NCBI GenBank assembly: GCA_041661385.1
Contig: JBAZUP010000001.1
Coordinates: forward strand, 354,560 to 418,559
From: Patescibacteria group bacterium
Lineage (GTDB): Bacteria > Patescibacteriota > Patescibacteriia > Magasanikbacterales > GWA2-37-8
Length of the DNA: 64,000 nt
Reading direction: 5' to 3'
Made by a program: the position numbers and the translations under genes. The notes beneath the pieces were generated by a model. The model saw only the letters and a list, made by a program, of their open reading frames with translations, made no database searches and was not told the DNA's origin. Shown one piece after another: positions 56,109-64,000 of the stretch (the stretch's first letter is position 1; each line of letters opens with the position of its first letter).

Positions 56109-56594
56109 TTATCCAGTAAAATCGTTAACAAAATCAATTTTTTTATCTAAAATAACATCTTTTTCTCCAAAGGTAAAACTAGCCTTTATGAGACTTCCAG
56201 ACAGCGCACTAGGAAGCCAAAATGGATCATCTGGCCACATTTCCCCAAAAGGCAAACTATCGACCCCGTACCACTTTGGCGCCATTTCTTCACTCTCAAT
56301 CGGTTCACCTTCCCAGCTTTCCACAAAATACGTATGAACAAGCTGATTCCATTCCGGCTTATTTGCAAAAATAAAAGTTAATTCCGCAATTTTATTAATT
56401 TTTTCTACTCGCACCCCGATTTCCTCAAAAGTCTCACGCCTTGCCGCTTCTTCAATTGATTCGCCCGGTTCTAGTTTTCCACCGACTCCATTCCATTTAC
56501 CCACTCCAAATCCCCGCTTTTTCATGGCGAGGCACACTTCAGAAATTTTTCCTCCGCCTTTTTTTACCAAAAATAATAAAGTTACGTCACGCAT
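56109..56594 (-). CDS. NUDIX hydrolase (MutT-like)
   Basis: 161 aa. Nudix box GGKLEPGESIEEAARRETFEEIGV. Confidence 0.75.
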   Translation of the reverse strand: MRDVTLLFLVKKGGGKISEVCLAMKKRGFGVGKWNGVGGKLEPGESIEEAARRETFEEIGVRVEKINKIAELTFIFANKPEWNQLVHTYFVESWEGEPIESEEMAPKWYGVDSLPFGEMWPDDPFWLPSALSGSLIKASFTFGEKDVILDKKIDFVNDFTG

Positions 56595-56596
56595 AA

Positions 56597-57274
56597 TTAT
56601 TTACTAATTAATTCACGATAGGCATCTTGCCCGATCCAATGACTAGTTTTATTTTCACTGGCTTTTAATTTGGCGGCAAGTTTTATCGCTTCCCTCCGCA
56701 ATGCCAAATTACGCTTGCCGATTTGCCGGAGCGCCCAATTCACTGCCTTACGAACAAAGTTTCGTTCGTCAGTCGCGTGTTTTTCAATATACGGTAAAAA
56801 TGCTAAAAACTTTTCATCGCCAGCTTTTTTATCGTGCACAGCTAGTGTCGCCATCAGTACAAACCCCACCCGCTTTTCAAATTCCGGTTTACGCCGGGTC
56901 AGCTCTTTGGCTTTCGCGTGAGCAAATTTTGTCCGGTCAAATAAATTTCCACAAACCTGATCGCACACATCCCAAGAATCAATATCTTTTATCCACTTTT
57001 CAAACTGGGCCGGCGTAACTTTTTCCGGCTCGCCAATAAAAGCGGCCAGAATTTTTGCTTCATGAATACCCGAATACCAAAGTTGTTCAGCGAGCTTGTG
57101 GTCCTTGCCGATTTTTTTTGCAAGCTTACGAAGATAAACAGTTGAAATACCAAGTGTGCCTTTTTCGTTAATTCCAAACCGCGCCATGCCGGCGATATTT
57201 TTTTTATTGCGTTTTGATTTTAATAATTTAATTGCTTCTGAGTAAGTCATACTGACAAACCAAAAGTTATTCAA
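56597..57274 (-). CDS. DNA alkylation repair protein (AlkC/AlkD-like HEAT-repeat glycosylase family)
   Basis: 225 aa. MTYSEAIKLLKSKRNKKNIAGMARFGI…WDVCDQVCGNLFD matches the AlkD-like family pattern. Confidence 0.6.
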   Translation of the reverse strand: MNNFWFVSMTYSEAIKLLKSKRNKKNIAGMARFGINEKGTLGISTVYLRKLAKKIGKDHKLAEQLWYSGIHEAKILAAFIGEPEKVTPAQFEKWIKDIDSWDVCDQVCGNLFDRTKFAHAKAKELTRRKPEFEKRVGFVLMATLAVHDKKAGDEKFLAFLPYIEKHATDERNFVRKAVNWALRQIGKRNLALRREAIKLAAKLKASENKTSHWIGQDAYRELISK

Positions 57275-57764
57275 TTTTCAAAATCTTGTATTCTACTTCT
57301 CCCTTTGGTAAAGATACTTTTACAATATCGCCAACTTTGCGACCAATCAAAGCATAACCAATCGGCGAACTGTGCGAGATTACCCCATTGTGTGGGCTTG
57401 ATTCTTCGGAACCAAGTATCTTATAAACAATCTCTTTGTCGTTCGTCAAAAGAGTGACAGTGTGCCCTACCATTATCTTGCTAAAATCTTTCATAGGTTT
57501 AATTTCTTCGGCGTGATTTAATTGTTTTTCTAATTCAAAAATTCGCTGATTCATACCCCGGAGTTTTCCTTTTGCAAACTGATAACCGGCATTTTCCGAG
57601 AAATCGCCGAGGTCGGCGAGCCGGCTTACTTCTTCAGCCTGTTTTGGTACGGCGTTTTTTAACCGAACCAGTTCGTTATTTAATTCGGAAATTTTTTCCG
57701 TTGAGAGCAGCGGATCTTGTTTTATCTGTAAAAATTTTCCGGCCTTTCGAATCGGTGTTCGCAT
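57267..57764 (-). CDS. greA: Transcription elongation factor GreA
   Basis: N-terminal coiled-coil with DLGDFSENAGYQFAKGK. C-terminal FKBP-like ISHSSPIGYALIGRKVGDIVKVSLPKGEVEYKILKIE. The track ORF starts at 57845, but Met28 (MRTPIRK, 57764) gives a normal-length GreA and removes the overlap with the upstream gene. Confidence 0.7.
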   Translation of the reverse strand: MRTPIRKAGKFLQIKQDPLLSTEKISELNNELVRLKNAVPKQAEEVSRLADLGDFSENAGYQFAKGKLRGMNQRIFELEKQLNHAEEIKPMKDFSKIMVGHTVTLLTNDKEIVYKILGSEESSPHNGVISHSSPIGYALIGRKVGDIVKVSLPKGEVEYKILKIE

Positions 57765-57765
57765 A

Positions 57766-58995
57766 TTACCTTGCAATACTTTCTCCGGCGCGACGACCGG
57801 TTGCCCAAGATGCCTGCAGATTAAACCCGCCGGTAAAACCATCAATATCCATTATTTCTCCGCCAAAATATAACCCCTGGCAAACTTTGGATTCCATTGT
57901 TTGCGGATCAATTTCAGTGAGTTTAACTCCGCCGGCAGTAACAAATTCATCTCCTCCACCCTTGCCGACAGCGTTTAATGGTGCGCCTTTAAGCCAGATC
58001 GCGACATTTTTTAGCTCTTCATCTGTAATAATAGCATATTTCTTTTCGATTGCGATTTTGTTTTCAGTGCAGACTACCACGGCGACGGCCTCGGGCACAA
58101 AATTCCGGAGATAATTTTTAAACGATTGTTTCACATTGTCAACACTTTTCTCTTTGAGAGTTTTAAACAATTCTTCACTCGAAAAATCGGGCAATAAATC
58201 GATTTTAATAGGTAAGGATTTTTTCCGGTCAAACGACTCAAAAGCAACTAATGACGACAGAGCAAAGACTGCGGGGCCACTAATGCCGCTATGAGTAAAC
58301 AAAAATGGACCGGTAAATTTTTTTTCTTCGCTTCCCGCATAAATGGTTGCTTTTGGAAACGACACTCCGGCCAAATTTTTTGGCCAGGCTTCAGCCGTGA
58401 TAAACGAGTGCAAGCTGGGAGCGAGTTTGGTAATAGTGTGGCCAAGAGATTCAGCTAGTTCATAACCATCACCAGTTGAACCGGTGCCGCGATAAGCTTG
58501 CCCGCCAAGCGCGAACACCACCCTATCCACAACAAGCTCGGGAAAGTTTGTAAAATGAATTTTAAATTCTTCGCCAGATTTAACAATTTTATCAACCTTG
58601 TGCCCGGGCAATATTTCAGTACCGAAATCTTTAAAAATTTTCTTAAAAACATTTACCACATCTTCACCCTTATCGGAAACTGGAAACACTCGGTTATCGT
58701 TTTCGCACTTCAGTGGCACGCCATGACCTTCGAACCACTCCCGCACCGCACTGGGTGGAAAACCATAAACTGCAGAAGATAAAAACTTACTCCCGCGCGG
58801 GTAATTTTCTAAAATTCTTTTTACATCCTCAAGACCGGTGGTTACATTACAGCGTCCACCGCCGGAAATGATGACTTTTTTTCCGAGGCTAGTATTTTTT
58901 TCAATCAAAAAAACTTCCGCTTTCGGACTAAGTTCATTAATTGTCGCGGCGCACATCATGCCGGCCGCACCACCGCCGATTATCGCAATTTTCAT
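57766..58995 (-). CDS. NAD(P)/FAD-dependent oxidoreductase, HI0933/BaiN-like flavoprotein
   Basis: 409 aa. Dinucleotide-binding KIAIIGGGAAGMMCA and ISGGGRCNVT motifs typical of the HI0933 family. Confidence 0.7.
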   Translation of the reverse strand: MKIAIIGGGAAGMMCAATINELSPKAEVFLIEKNTSLGKKVIISGGGRCNVTTGLEDVKRILENYPRGSKFLSSAVYGFPPSAVREWFEGHGVPLKCENDNRVFPVSDKGEDVVNVFKKIFKDFGTEILPGHKVDKIVKSGEEFKIHFTNFPELVVDRVVFALGGQAYRGTGSTGDGYELAESLGHTITKLAPSLHSFITAEAWPKNLAGVSFPKATIYAGSEEKKFTGPFLFTHSGISGPAVFALSSLVAFESFDRKKSLPIKIDLLPDFSSEELFKTLKEKSVDNVKQSFKNYLRNFVPEAVAVVVCTENKIAIEKKYAIITDEELKNVAIWLKGAPLNAVGKGGGDEFVTAGGVKLTEIDPQTMESKVCQGLYFGGEIMDIDGFTGGFNLQASWATGRRAGESIAR

Positions 58996-59002
58996 TTAAT
59001 AT

Positions 59003-59374
59003 TTATAAACAACCTTTCGCCTTAAACATATCGACTGGAGTCGGGGCTGCGCCGGCTTTAATTTCCGCGACGCGTTGTGCCCCCAAGGCAGCAGTAAAAC
59101 AAGCTTCCATGGCCGGAGTAATTGTAGTCGGTAATTTTGCCGGGTCAATGCCAACCGCTTTAAGCGCCGCTTCTTGCTGAGCATTAATAAGCGGATTTTT
59201 TACAGTAGTCGTGGTACCGGCTTTCGTGGTGGTACTAGTTGCCGGCGAAGTAAAGGTTTTAATAAATGGCTTTATACCATACGGATCGGCAACAAACAAA
59301 TACACTCCCACAATAATAATCAAAAAGAAAATTACGCCGAGCGTGATAAAAAATATTTCCAAGAATTTTTTCAT
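59003..59374 (-). CDS. Hypothetical membrane-anchored protein
   Basis: 123 aa. N-terminal TM helix and Thr-rich linker. Confidence 0.35.
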   Translation of the reverse strand: MKKFLEIFFITLGVIFFLIIIVGVYLFVADPYGIKPFIKTFTSPATSTTTKAGTTTTVKNPLINAQQEAALKAVGIDPAKLPTTITPAMEACFTAALGAQRVAEIKAGAAPTPVDMFKAKGCL

Positions 59375-59385
59375 AATTTTATAGA

Positions 59386-59754
59386 TTAACTAATAATTGA
59401 ATTCTTTTTACGTAAACCGAAAATAATAGGCAAAAGAAAAGTTATTACATAATATAAATAAACATCCAGTTTATAATATCCGTCCGCTGGCTTTAACATC
59501 TTTACCAAAAATATATAATCTAAAACAATCGCAAGCATGGTCCAAACTACCGCTAATTTTAAATAATACTTTAGCGACTCACCTTTTATTTTTTTAAATA
59601 ACACCCACAGCGCAAAAACAATACCAAACGGCATAATCACCCACCCCAGCAGATTTGCAGGAACCAAAGCAAAAAACACAAAACCGAGAATATATCCAAA
59701 TAACCAAAGAACGAATCCCCAACCCAGCGCGTCTTTGTAAAATTGTTTTAACAT
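59386..59754 (-). CDS. Hypothetical polytopic membrane protein
   Basis: 122 aa with 4 TM helices. Confidence 0.35.
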   Translation of the reverse strand: MLKQFYKDALGWGFVLWLFGYILGFVFFALVPANLLGWVIMPFGIVFALWVLFKKIKGESLKYYLKLAVVWTMLAIVLDYIFLVKMLKPADGYYKLDVYLYYVITFLLPIIFGLRKKNSIIS

Positions 59755-59755
59755 A

Positions 59756-60151
59756 TTACTTGTTTAGATAAGTAATTGTTAATTGTAAAACTGTTGCAAA
59801 AGAAACCCAAAGTAAGTACGGAATTTGAATGTACGCGAGCCATTTGGCAAATGGATAAATCGCTACCATCGCCCAAACCAAAGTACAAAGCACTAGTAAA
59901 ATATCCACAGCTGCCAAAAAATTATTTTTAAGCCCGAACTGTAAATAAGTAAAAATAAAATTAAAAAACAAATTAAGAATAAAGGGCAAATAAACAATCG
60001 GGGAAATTTCTTTTTTAATGGCCATCAGGAATACTTTGCCGAATGAAATAGCGATTAGAATATATAAAAAAGTCCAAACTGGTCCAAACAGCCAAGATGG
60101 CGGCGACCATTTCGGCTTGATAAGCTGCGAATACCAATTGTAAGCGTTCAT
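59756..60151 (-). CDS. tspO: TspO/MBR family tryptophan-rich sensory protein (short form)
   Basis: 131 aa. WYSQLIKPKWSPPSWLFGPVWTFLYILIAISF is the TspO N-terminal signature. Confidence 0.65.
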   Translation of the reverse strand: MNAYNWYSQLIKPKWSPPSWLFGPVWTFLYILIAISFGKVFLMAIKKEISPIVYLPFILNLFFNFIFTYLQFGLKNNFLAAVDILLVLCTLVWAMVAIYPFAKWLAYIQIPYLLWVSFATVLQLTITYLNK

Positions 60152-60178
60152 ATTTTACAAATGATTTATACCGCCATT

Positions 60179-60499
60179 TTAAAAATTTTTCGAAATAAGA
60201 AAACTTGCTCCAAAAACCAGAACCATAGAAATAAATAGCCAACCGACCACATAAAAAAACAAGCTGACGGCATCTTTTTTCTGGCCGTCTAAATACCAAA
60301 GTATTGACCGGCCGAGAGTGAGCCCAGCGGTGATAGACGCCGACACTACAAACAACAATAAGACCGCGATTGGCGTGAGAAAAGTATCCTTCGGCCCGAT
60401 AACTCGATTTGCATTTTGCATAACGGTCGCAATCAAGGTGATATAAGCGACAACTCCCAAAGCCTGCAAAAACGAAAGTTTCAATAATTTTTTGTCCAT
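60179..60499 (-). CDS. Hypothetical membrane protein
   Basis: 106 aa with 3 TM helices. Confidence 0.3.
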   Translation of the reverse strand: MDKKLLKLSFLQALGVVAYITLIATVMQNANRVIGPKDTFLTPIAVLLLFVVSASITAGLTLGRSILWYLDGQKKDAVSLFFYVVGWLFISMVLVFGASFLISKNF

Positions 60500-60509
60500 A
60501 TTTTATTTT

Positions 60510-60857
60510 TTAAGAATTAATTCCAAAAAATTTTCTCATTTTTCTAAATTTTGAATCGTACCTTCTTTCCACATAAATCACCCGCCAAAAATATCGCCCG
60601 GCGAGAAAACCGCCAATAACACCAGTCGCAATGAGCGTGAACTGAACGACGGTTGGTAAAACGCAGTATCCGGAACCAAACGCTGTGTAATTATATAAAA
60701 TAATATTTTTTCGAAGCGCGTACTCAATCATTTTTATTTCAATGATTGCGTGCGCGAGAAAACTAAGCATGAGACCGAGTACTACCCAAGAAAAAATATA
60801 AAAGTATTTTTTTAATTTCATACCGTTTTCTTTTTTACTGCGTCTACATAACTGCAA
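60510..60857 (-). CDS. Hypothetical membrane protein
   Basis: 115 aa with 3 TM helices. Confidence 0.3.
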   Translation of the reverse strand: MQLCRRSKKENGMKLKKYFYIFSWVVLGLMLSFLAHAIIEIKMIEYALRKNIILYNYTAFGSGYCVLPTVVQFTLIATGVIGGFLAGRYFWRVIYVERRYDSKFRKMRKFFGINS

Positions 60858-61567
60858 TAATCGCAGGTTTTACCCGCTTTAGGTATTGTATCACTTTTTA
60901 AACAATTACAAGCTTCTACCACTGCTTGCTCCACCCACGAATCATCGCCAACATAAGAAATAAGAGTGATATCAAACTCAAGCTTACCATCAAACGCCTC
61001 TCGGTCGGTCTGACCATTACAATAAACAAAATAGCCGGTCGAAGAAACTTTATACCCGTTTTGGCGGAGCAACCACTGATATATTTCCATCTGTCGCTTG
61101 TAACCAATCTGCCAGTCTTTATCTAGCGCTAATATTTCTTCGTCTTTCGAAGTCGCCTTATAATCGACGACAATATATTCCCCTTTTGAGTTTTGCCAGA
61201 GATCATCGATCGCGCCCGAAACCGTGATACCCGTTGGCTTATGGAAATATTGGATACCGGTAAAGTTATGCCGCCATTTTTCCAAATCTTCATGCGCGAC
61301 CGGTATGGCGTCAATTTTGTATTTCGCCATCAGCGGGTGCTGGGTGCCATTCGCGCGGTGAATATCAAATTCAAGTTTGAGAAGTTTATCAACGGCGGAG
61401 TTCAGGTTAAAAGGAAAACCCTTGGGGCGGCTGGTGCCGAGTTTGTTGTCTAAATAAAAACAGCGGGGGCAGCTCAAAAATAAGTCGATTTTACTGCGGC
61501 TGAGCTTCCAGTTGTTTCCGCCGTAGTTCCAGGCGGGAGAGCGGTTGGGGTTGTAATATTCAGACAT
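60818..61567 (-). CDS. PD-(D/E)xK nuclease, Cas4/RecB-like with Cys cluster
   Basis: 249 aa. N-terminal LSCPRCFYL. Core D…IVVDYKATS (D-x-K). C-terminal CNCLKSDTIPKAGKTCDYC (Cas4-like 4-Cys arrangement). Confidence 0.5.
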   Translation of the reverse strand: MSEYYNPNRSPAWNYGGNNWKLSRSKIDLFLSCPRCFYLDNKLGTSRPKGFPFNLNSAVDKLLKLEFDIHRANGTQHPLMAKYKIDAIPVAHEDLEKWRHNFTGIQYFHKPTGITVSGAIDDLWQNSKGEYIVVDYKATSKDEEILALDKDWQIGYKRQMEIYQWLLRQNGYKVSSTGYFVYCNGQTDREAFDGKLEFDITLISYVGDDSWVEQAVVEACNCLKSDTIPKAGKTCDYCSYVDAVKKKTV

Positions 61568-61907
61568 AAAGATATTTTATAAAATCTCGTTTCGTGCCTT
61601 CGGTTTTAGGAAAGATTGGTATATTTAATTCTTTCGCTAGTGCAATTTCTTCTTCCATTCCTTTTGATATTCGGTCGCCATATAACCATAATTCATCCAC
61701 AAATTTTCGATGAAAACATTCAAAATTTGCGATTTTCCCTAATTCCCTGTCTACAATAACATCATCATTAAGATACTGCAGAGAAACTAAATACGGAGCT
61801 ACGGGTACTAGGTGCTCTGAGTGAATTTCATAGCAAATTGAAATAACTTTTTGAATATTATTTTTTACGTCGCCACCAATCGGATGACCAATAAAAACTG
61901 TTTTCAT
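61560..61907 (-). CDS. Hypothetical protein
   Basis: Track ORF 61560..61985. The internal Met MKTVFIGHPIGG at 61907 avoids a 75-nt overlap with the upstream MTase gene. No recognisable motif. Confidence 0.35.
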   Translation of the reverse strand: MKTVFIGHPIGGDVKNNIQKVISICYEIHSEHLVPVAPYLVSLQYLNDDVIVDRELGKIANFECFHRKFVDELWLYGDRISKGMEEEIALAKELNIPIFPKTEGTKRDFIKYLYV

Positions 61908-61909
61908 AT

Positions 61910-62662
61910 CTATACCTTCTGAAAAATAAACAGATGTTCGTGCATTATCAAAAGGAAATTTGCTTCTTTTGATTTGTTTACCCAAAAACCAGTCGCTTTA
62001 CAATTAAATTGTCTTTTTATAATATCTTCTTTTAATTTAAAACCAACGTTCAAAAACTCATTCATCACTCGAAAAGCCATCGGTTGATACATTTTTTTAC
62101 GGCGGGTATCTCCCATCAAAATAGCGCAAAACTTTCCAGGTTTTAAAACTCGATATAATTCTTTTGCAACCAAACCGCACTGCTTCACAAATTCATCAAT
62201 ATCATTAATATTTGATAGATCTTCTTTTATTTTGCCGTCGCTGTATTTAATTATATCGGCGTAAGGCGGATGTGTAAGAACAAAATCAATCTCTTCATTC
62301 TTTATAAATGTCATTTTTCTGGCATCACATTTAATTATCCTTTGTTTCGATTTGGTTGGCGCATCAAATTTTAAGGCTTCTTTTGTTCTGTTTAGGGCTT
62401 TCTCGTTTACATCCACGCAAGTAATATGCCGATTTAATATTTTTGCTTCAATCGCTGTAGTTCCCCCACCAACCATGCAATCCAAAAGATGGTCTCCCTC
62501 CTTGGAGTACCTTAGAATTAAATTGCGCACTACTTCGGGTGCCCAATTTCCTCGCCAGTCAGATGTGTGTGTCGCCCAATTTCCTCGCCTCGGAAACGAC
62601 CAAACGGTAGTACACTCCATTTCAAAGGCGTCTGGTTGAAGTTTAAAATCTTTTTGAGACAT
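61910..62662 (-). CDS. DNA methyltransferase (N6-adenine/N4-cytosine, N6_N4_Mtase type)
   Basis: 250 aa. Motif I DCMVGGGTT and motif IV THPPY. Confidence 0.7.
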   Translation of the reverse strand: MSQKDFKLQPDAFEMECTTVWSFPRRGNWATHTSDWRGNWAPEVVRNLILRYSKEGDHLLDCMVGGGTTAIEAKILNRHITCVDVNEKALNRTKEALKFDAPTKSKQRIIKCDARKMTFIKNEEIDFVLTHPPYADIIKYSDGKIKEDLSNINDIDEFVKQCGLVAKELYRVLKPGKFCAILMGDTRRKKMYQPMAFRVMNEFLNVGFKLKEDIIKRQFNCKATGFWVNKSKEANFLLIMHEHLFIFQKV

Positions 62663-63420
62663 TAAATAATTTTATACTTTTTTGACTTTGCAAGTTTTAT
62701 TGAATCGTAATTATTTTTATCTGTAAATTCATATTGCCAAATCAGATATTCATCAACTCTTTTTTCAAAAAATAATAGAAAAACTTTTTTCTTTGTATGC
62801 TCCGACCATTGTCTATAAGGGTAATACAACTGCCTAATTATTGTATTTTTCGTGGATGAATTCTTTGCCTCAATTAAAACAACTTTGTTTTTTCCCTCAT
62901 AACCTGCATCTACTTCTGTTTGCACCCCTTTTGTTTCAACTATATTATTACCTACTTTATAAGTAAATTCGGGAGTATATTTTCTACCACGAATAGTGAG
63001 AACAAGACTCGGATCTTGCATAAAAGTTCTAATTAGACTTGAGGCATAAGCAAAATCAAGATGTTGCATCTCTGAGTTGCCTATTTTTGTCGTATCTAAA
63101 TCAAAATCAAGTTTAGTATTGTATATTTCTGCGTCACCTTTAATATCTGGGATGTCGACATACCCTTCTCCTTTTACAATAACGTAAAACTTATTTTTAA
63201 CAGGTAATAAAATTAAACCATTTTTCTTCATTATATCGGGAACACTTTCGCGTGTGTCCATTTTACACAAAATCCGCACTTCTTTTTCAGAAGTGTTTTT
63301 AAAATCTTGGACAGATTTCTTTATATCCTTTGCAGATAAATAAAAGGGTTGTTTAGAAAAATCATTTTCCAAAATTTTATTATCATCAAATATTTTTTTC
63401 CATGAATTATTGTTTGCCAT
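62662..63420 (-). CDS. Putative type II restriction endonuclease (PD-(D/E)xK)
   Basis: 252 aa. Candidate catalytic core EVDAGY…VVLIEAKNSS (D…E-x-K). Sandwiched between two DNA MTase genes. Confidence 0.5.
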   Translation of the reverse strand: MANNNSWKKIFDDNKILENDFSKQPFYLSAKDIKKSVQDFKNTSEKEVRILCKMDTRESVPDIMKKNGLILLPVKNKFYVIVKGEGYVDIPDIKGDAEIYNTKLDFDLDTTKIGNSEMQHLDFAYASSLIRTFMQDPSLVLTIRGRKYTPEFTYKVGNNIVETKGVQTEVDAGYEGKNKVVLIEAKNSSTKNTIIRQLYYPYRQWSEHTKKKVFLLFFEKRVDEYLIWQYEFTDKNNYDSIKLAKSKKYKII

Positions 63421-63427
63421 AAATAAT

Positions 63428-64000
63428 TTAATAATTTGTTACCAAAACTTCGTTTACCTTCCCCCTCTTTGAAGCATCCGAATTAATCATACGTCCGGCA
63501 GCAACAACCGATACTCTAATGCCTTTGATCCCAGAATATATTTTTTTTATTAATGGAGTATCTGAATTTGAAAGCATAACAAAACATCCTCGCTTGTGGA
63601 GTTCAACAAAAGTGTCCCGAAGCTCAATTTGCTCCTTTTCAAAAAATGAACTATTCGTATATGAAGTAAACGAAGCAGTTTTACTTACTGGATAATACGG
63701 TGGATCAAAATAAATAAAATCACCTTTCTTGGCTTTCTTCAAAACCATTTTGTAATCACTGTGTTTTATTTCAACATTTTTAAGCGCTTTTGAAACCTTG
63801 CGCAAATTTACCTCGTCACAAATTCGCGGATTTGTATATTTGCCATATGGCACATTGAACAGCCCCTTACTATTTACTCGATATAAACCATTAAAACAAG
63901 TTCGGTTCAAATATACGAATCGAGTCGCTATCGCTAGGTCGCTCATTTTTTTCGTATTGCGGACTCGTATTTTCAAAAAATATTCTTTATCGGTTTTCTG
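63428..64000 (-). CDS. Dam-like (MethyltransfD12) N6-adenine DNA methyltransferase, 5' end beyond the window
   Basis: FVYLNRTCFNGLYRVNSKGLFNVPYG and FIYFDPPYY are Dam/D12 motifs. The N-terminal AdoMet-binding part is missing, so the gene continues past 64000. The track Met at 63976 is internal. Confidence 0.75.
   Translation of the reverse strand, partial: QKTDKEYFLKIRVRNTKKMSDLAIATRFVYLNRTCFNGLYRVNSKGLFNVPYGKYTNPRICDEVNLRKVSKALKNVEIKHSDYKMVLKKAKKGDFIYFDPPYYPVSKTASFTSYTNSSFFEKEQIELRDTFVELHKRGCFVMLSNSDTPLIKKIYSGIKGIRVSVVAAGRMINSDASKRGKVNEVLVTNY

Noticed and set aside
57267-57845. Annotated long form of GreA starting at 57845
   Set aside because: The N-terminal 27 residues (MMVLPAGLICRHLGQPVV…) overlap the upstream flavoprotein gene by 80 nt and are not GreA-like. 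The Met at 57764 gives a canonical-length protein.
57572-58114. 180-aa + ORF
   Set aside because: Antisense to greA and the flavoprotein gene. Arg/Pro-rich artefact.
1-64000. CRISPR array
   Set aside because: No run of regularly spaced 25-40-nt direct repeats was found anywhere in the window. The only tandem repeat is the 71-nt leader duplication at 45026..45176.

Overview
This 64-kb window is AT-rich, gene-dense and almost entirely transcribed on the minus strand. It looks like a small-genome Gram-positive-type bacterium, possibly Patescibacteria/CPR-like. That is an inference from the low GC, three giant surface proteins (3008, 1915 and 1233 aa), the many small membrane proteins and the sparse metabolism.

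Housekeeping genes:
- secA, 5' truncated at the window start.
- A copper-efflux cluster: copA, copZ and an HMA-DsbD_2-cupredoxin fusion.
- A Pif1/RecD-like helicase.
- tRNA-Trp; then rpmG followed by tRNA-Thr(GGU), tRNA-Thr(UGU) and tRNA-Tyr.
- tpiA, an M16 peptidase and glyQS; glyQS is preceded by a likely glycine T-box leader carrying a UGGA bulge.
- NUDIX hydrolase, AlkD-like repair protein, greA, an HI0933-type flavoprotein and TspO.
- A DpnII-like restriction-modification module (Dam-like MTase, REase, second MTase) that runs off the window end.

The main candidate for an undescribed system is a compact minus-strand operon at 22895 to 18100. It encodes a LexA-like S24 repressor, DUF2188, a Cap5-type HNH-SAVED nuclease, a SMODS/CD-NTase-type nucleotidyltransferase with an AGS-C-like C-terminal domain, and two uncharacterised proteins (196 aa; 250 aa with 2 TM helices and a GHGDSH...C motif). 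This is a non-canonical CBASS-like signalling system with a palindromic operator inside its promoter.

It sits next to a prophage/integrative-element remnant: an LTD protein, a ParB-MTase fusion, a TerS-like HTH protein and a large serine recombinase. An XRE-headed operon of small membrane proteins plus a degenerate MBL-fold protein lies on the other side.

Other points: an ~80-nt leader element present in three copies, fused at a fixed distance to the start codons of two unrelated genes; GC-rich structured intergenic elements; and a 1.6-kb GC-rich island of three small genes that looks foreign.
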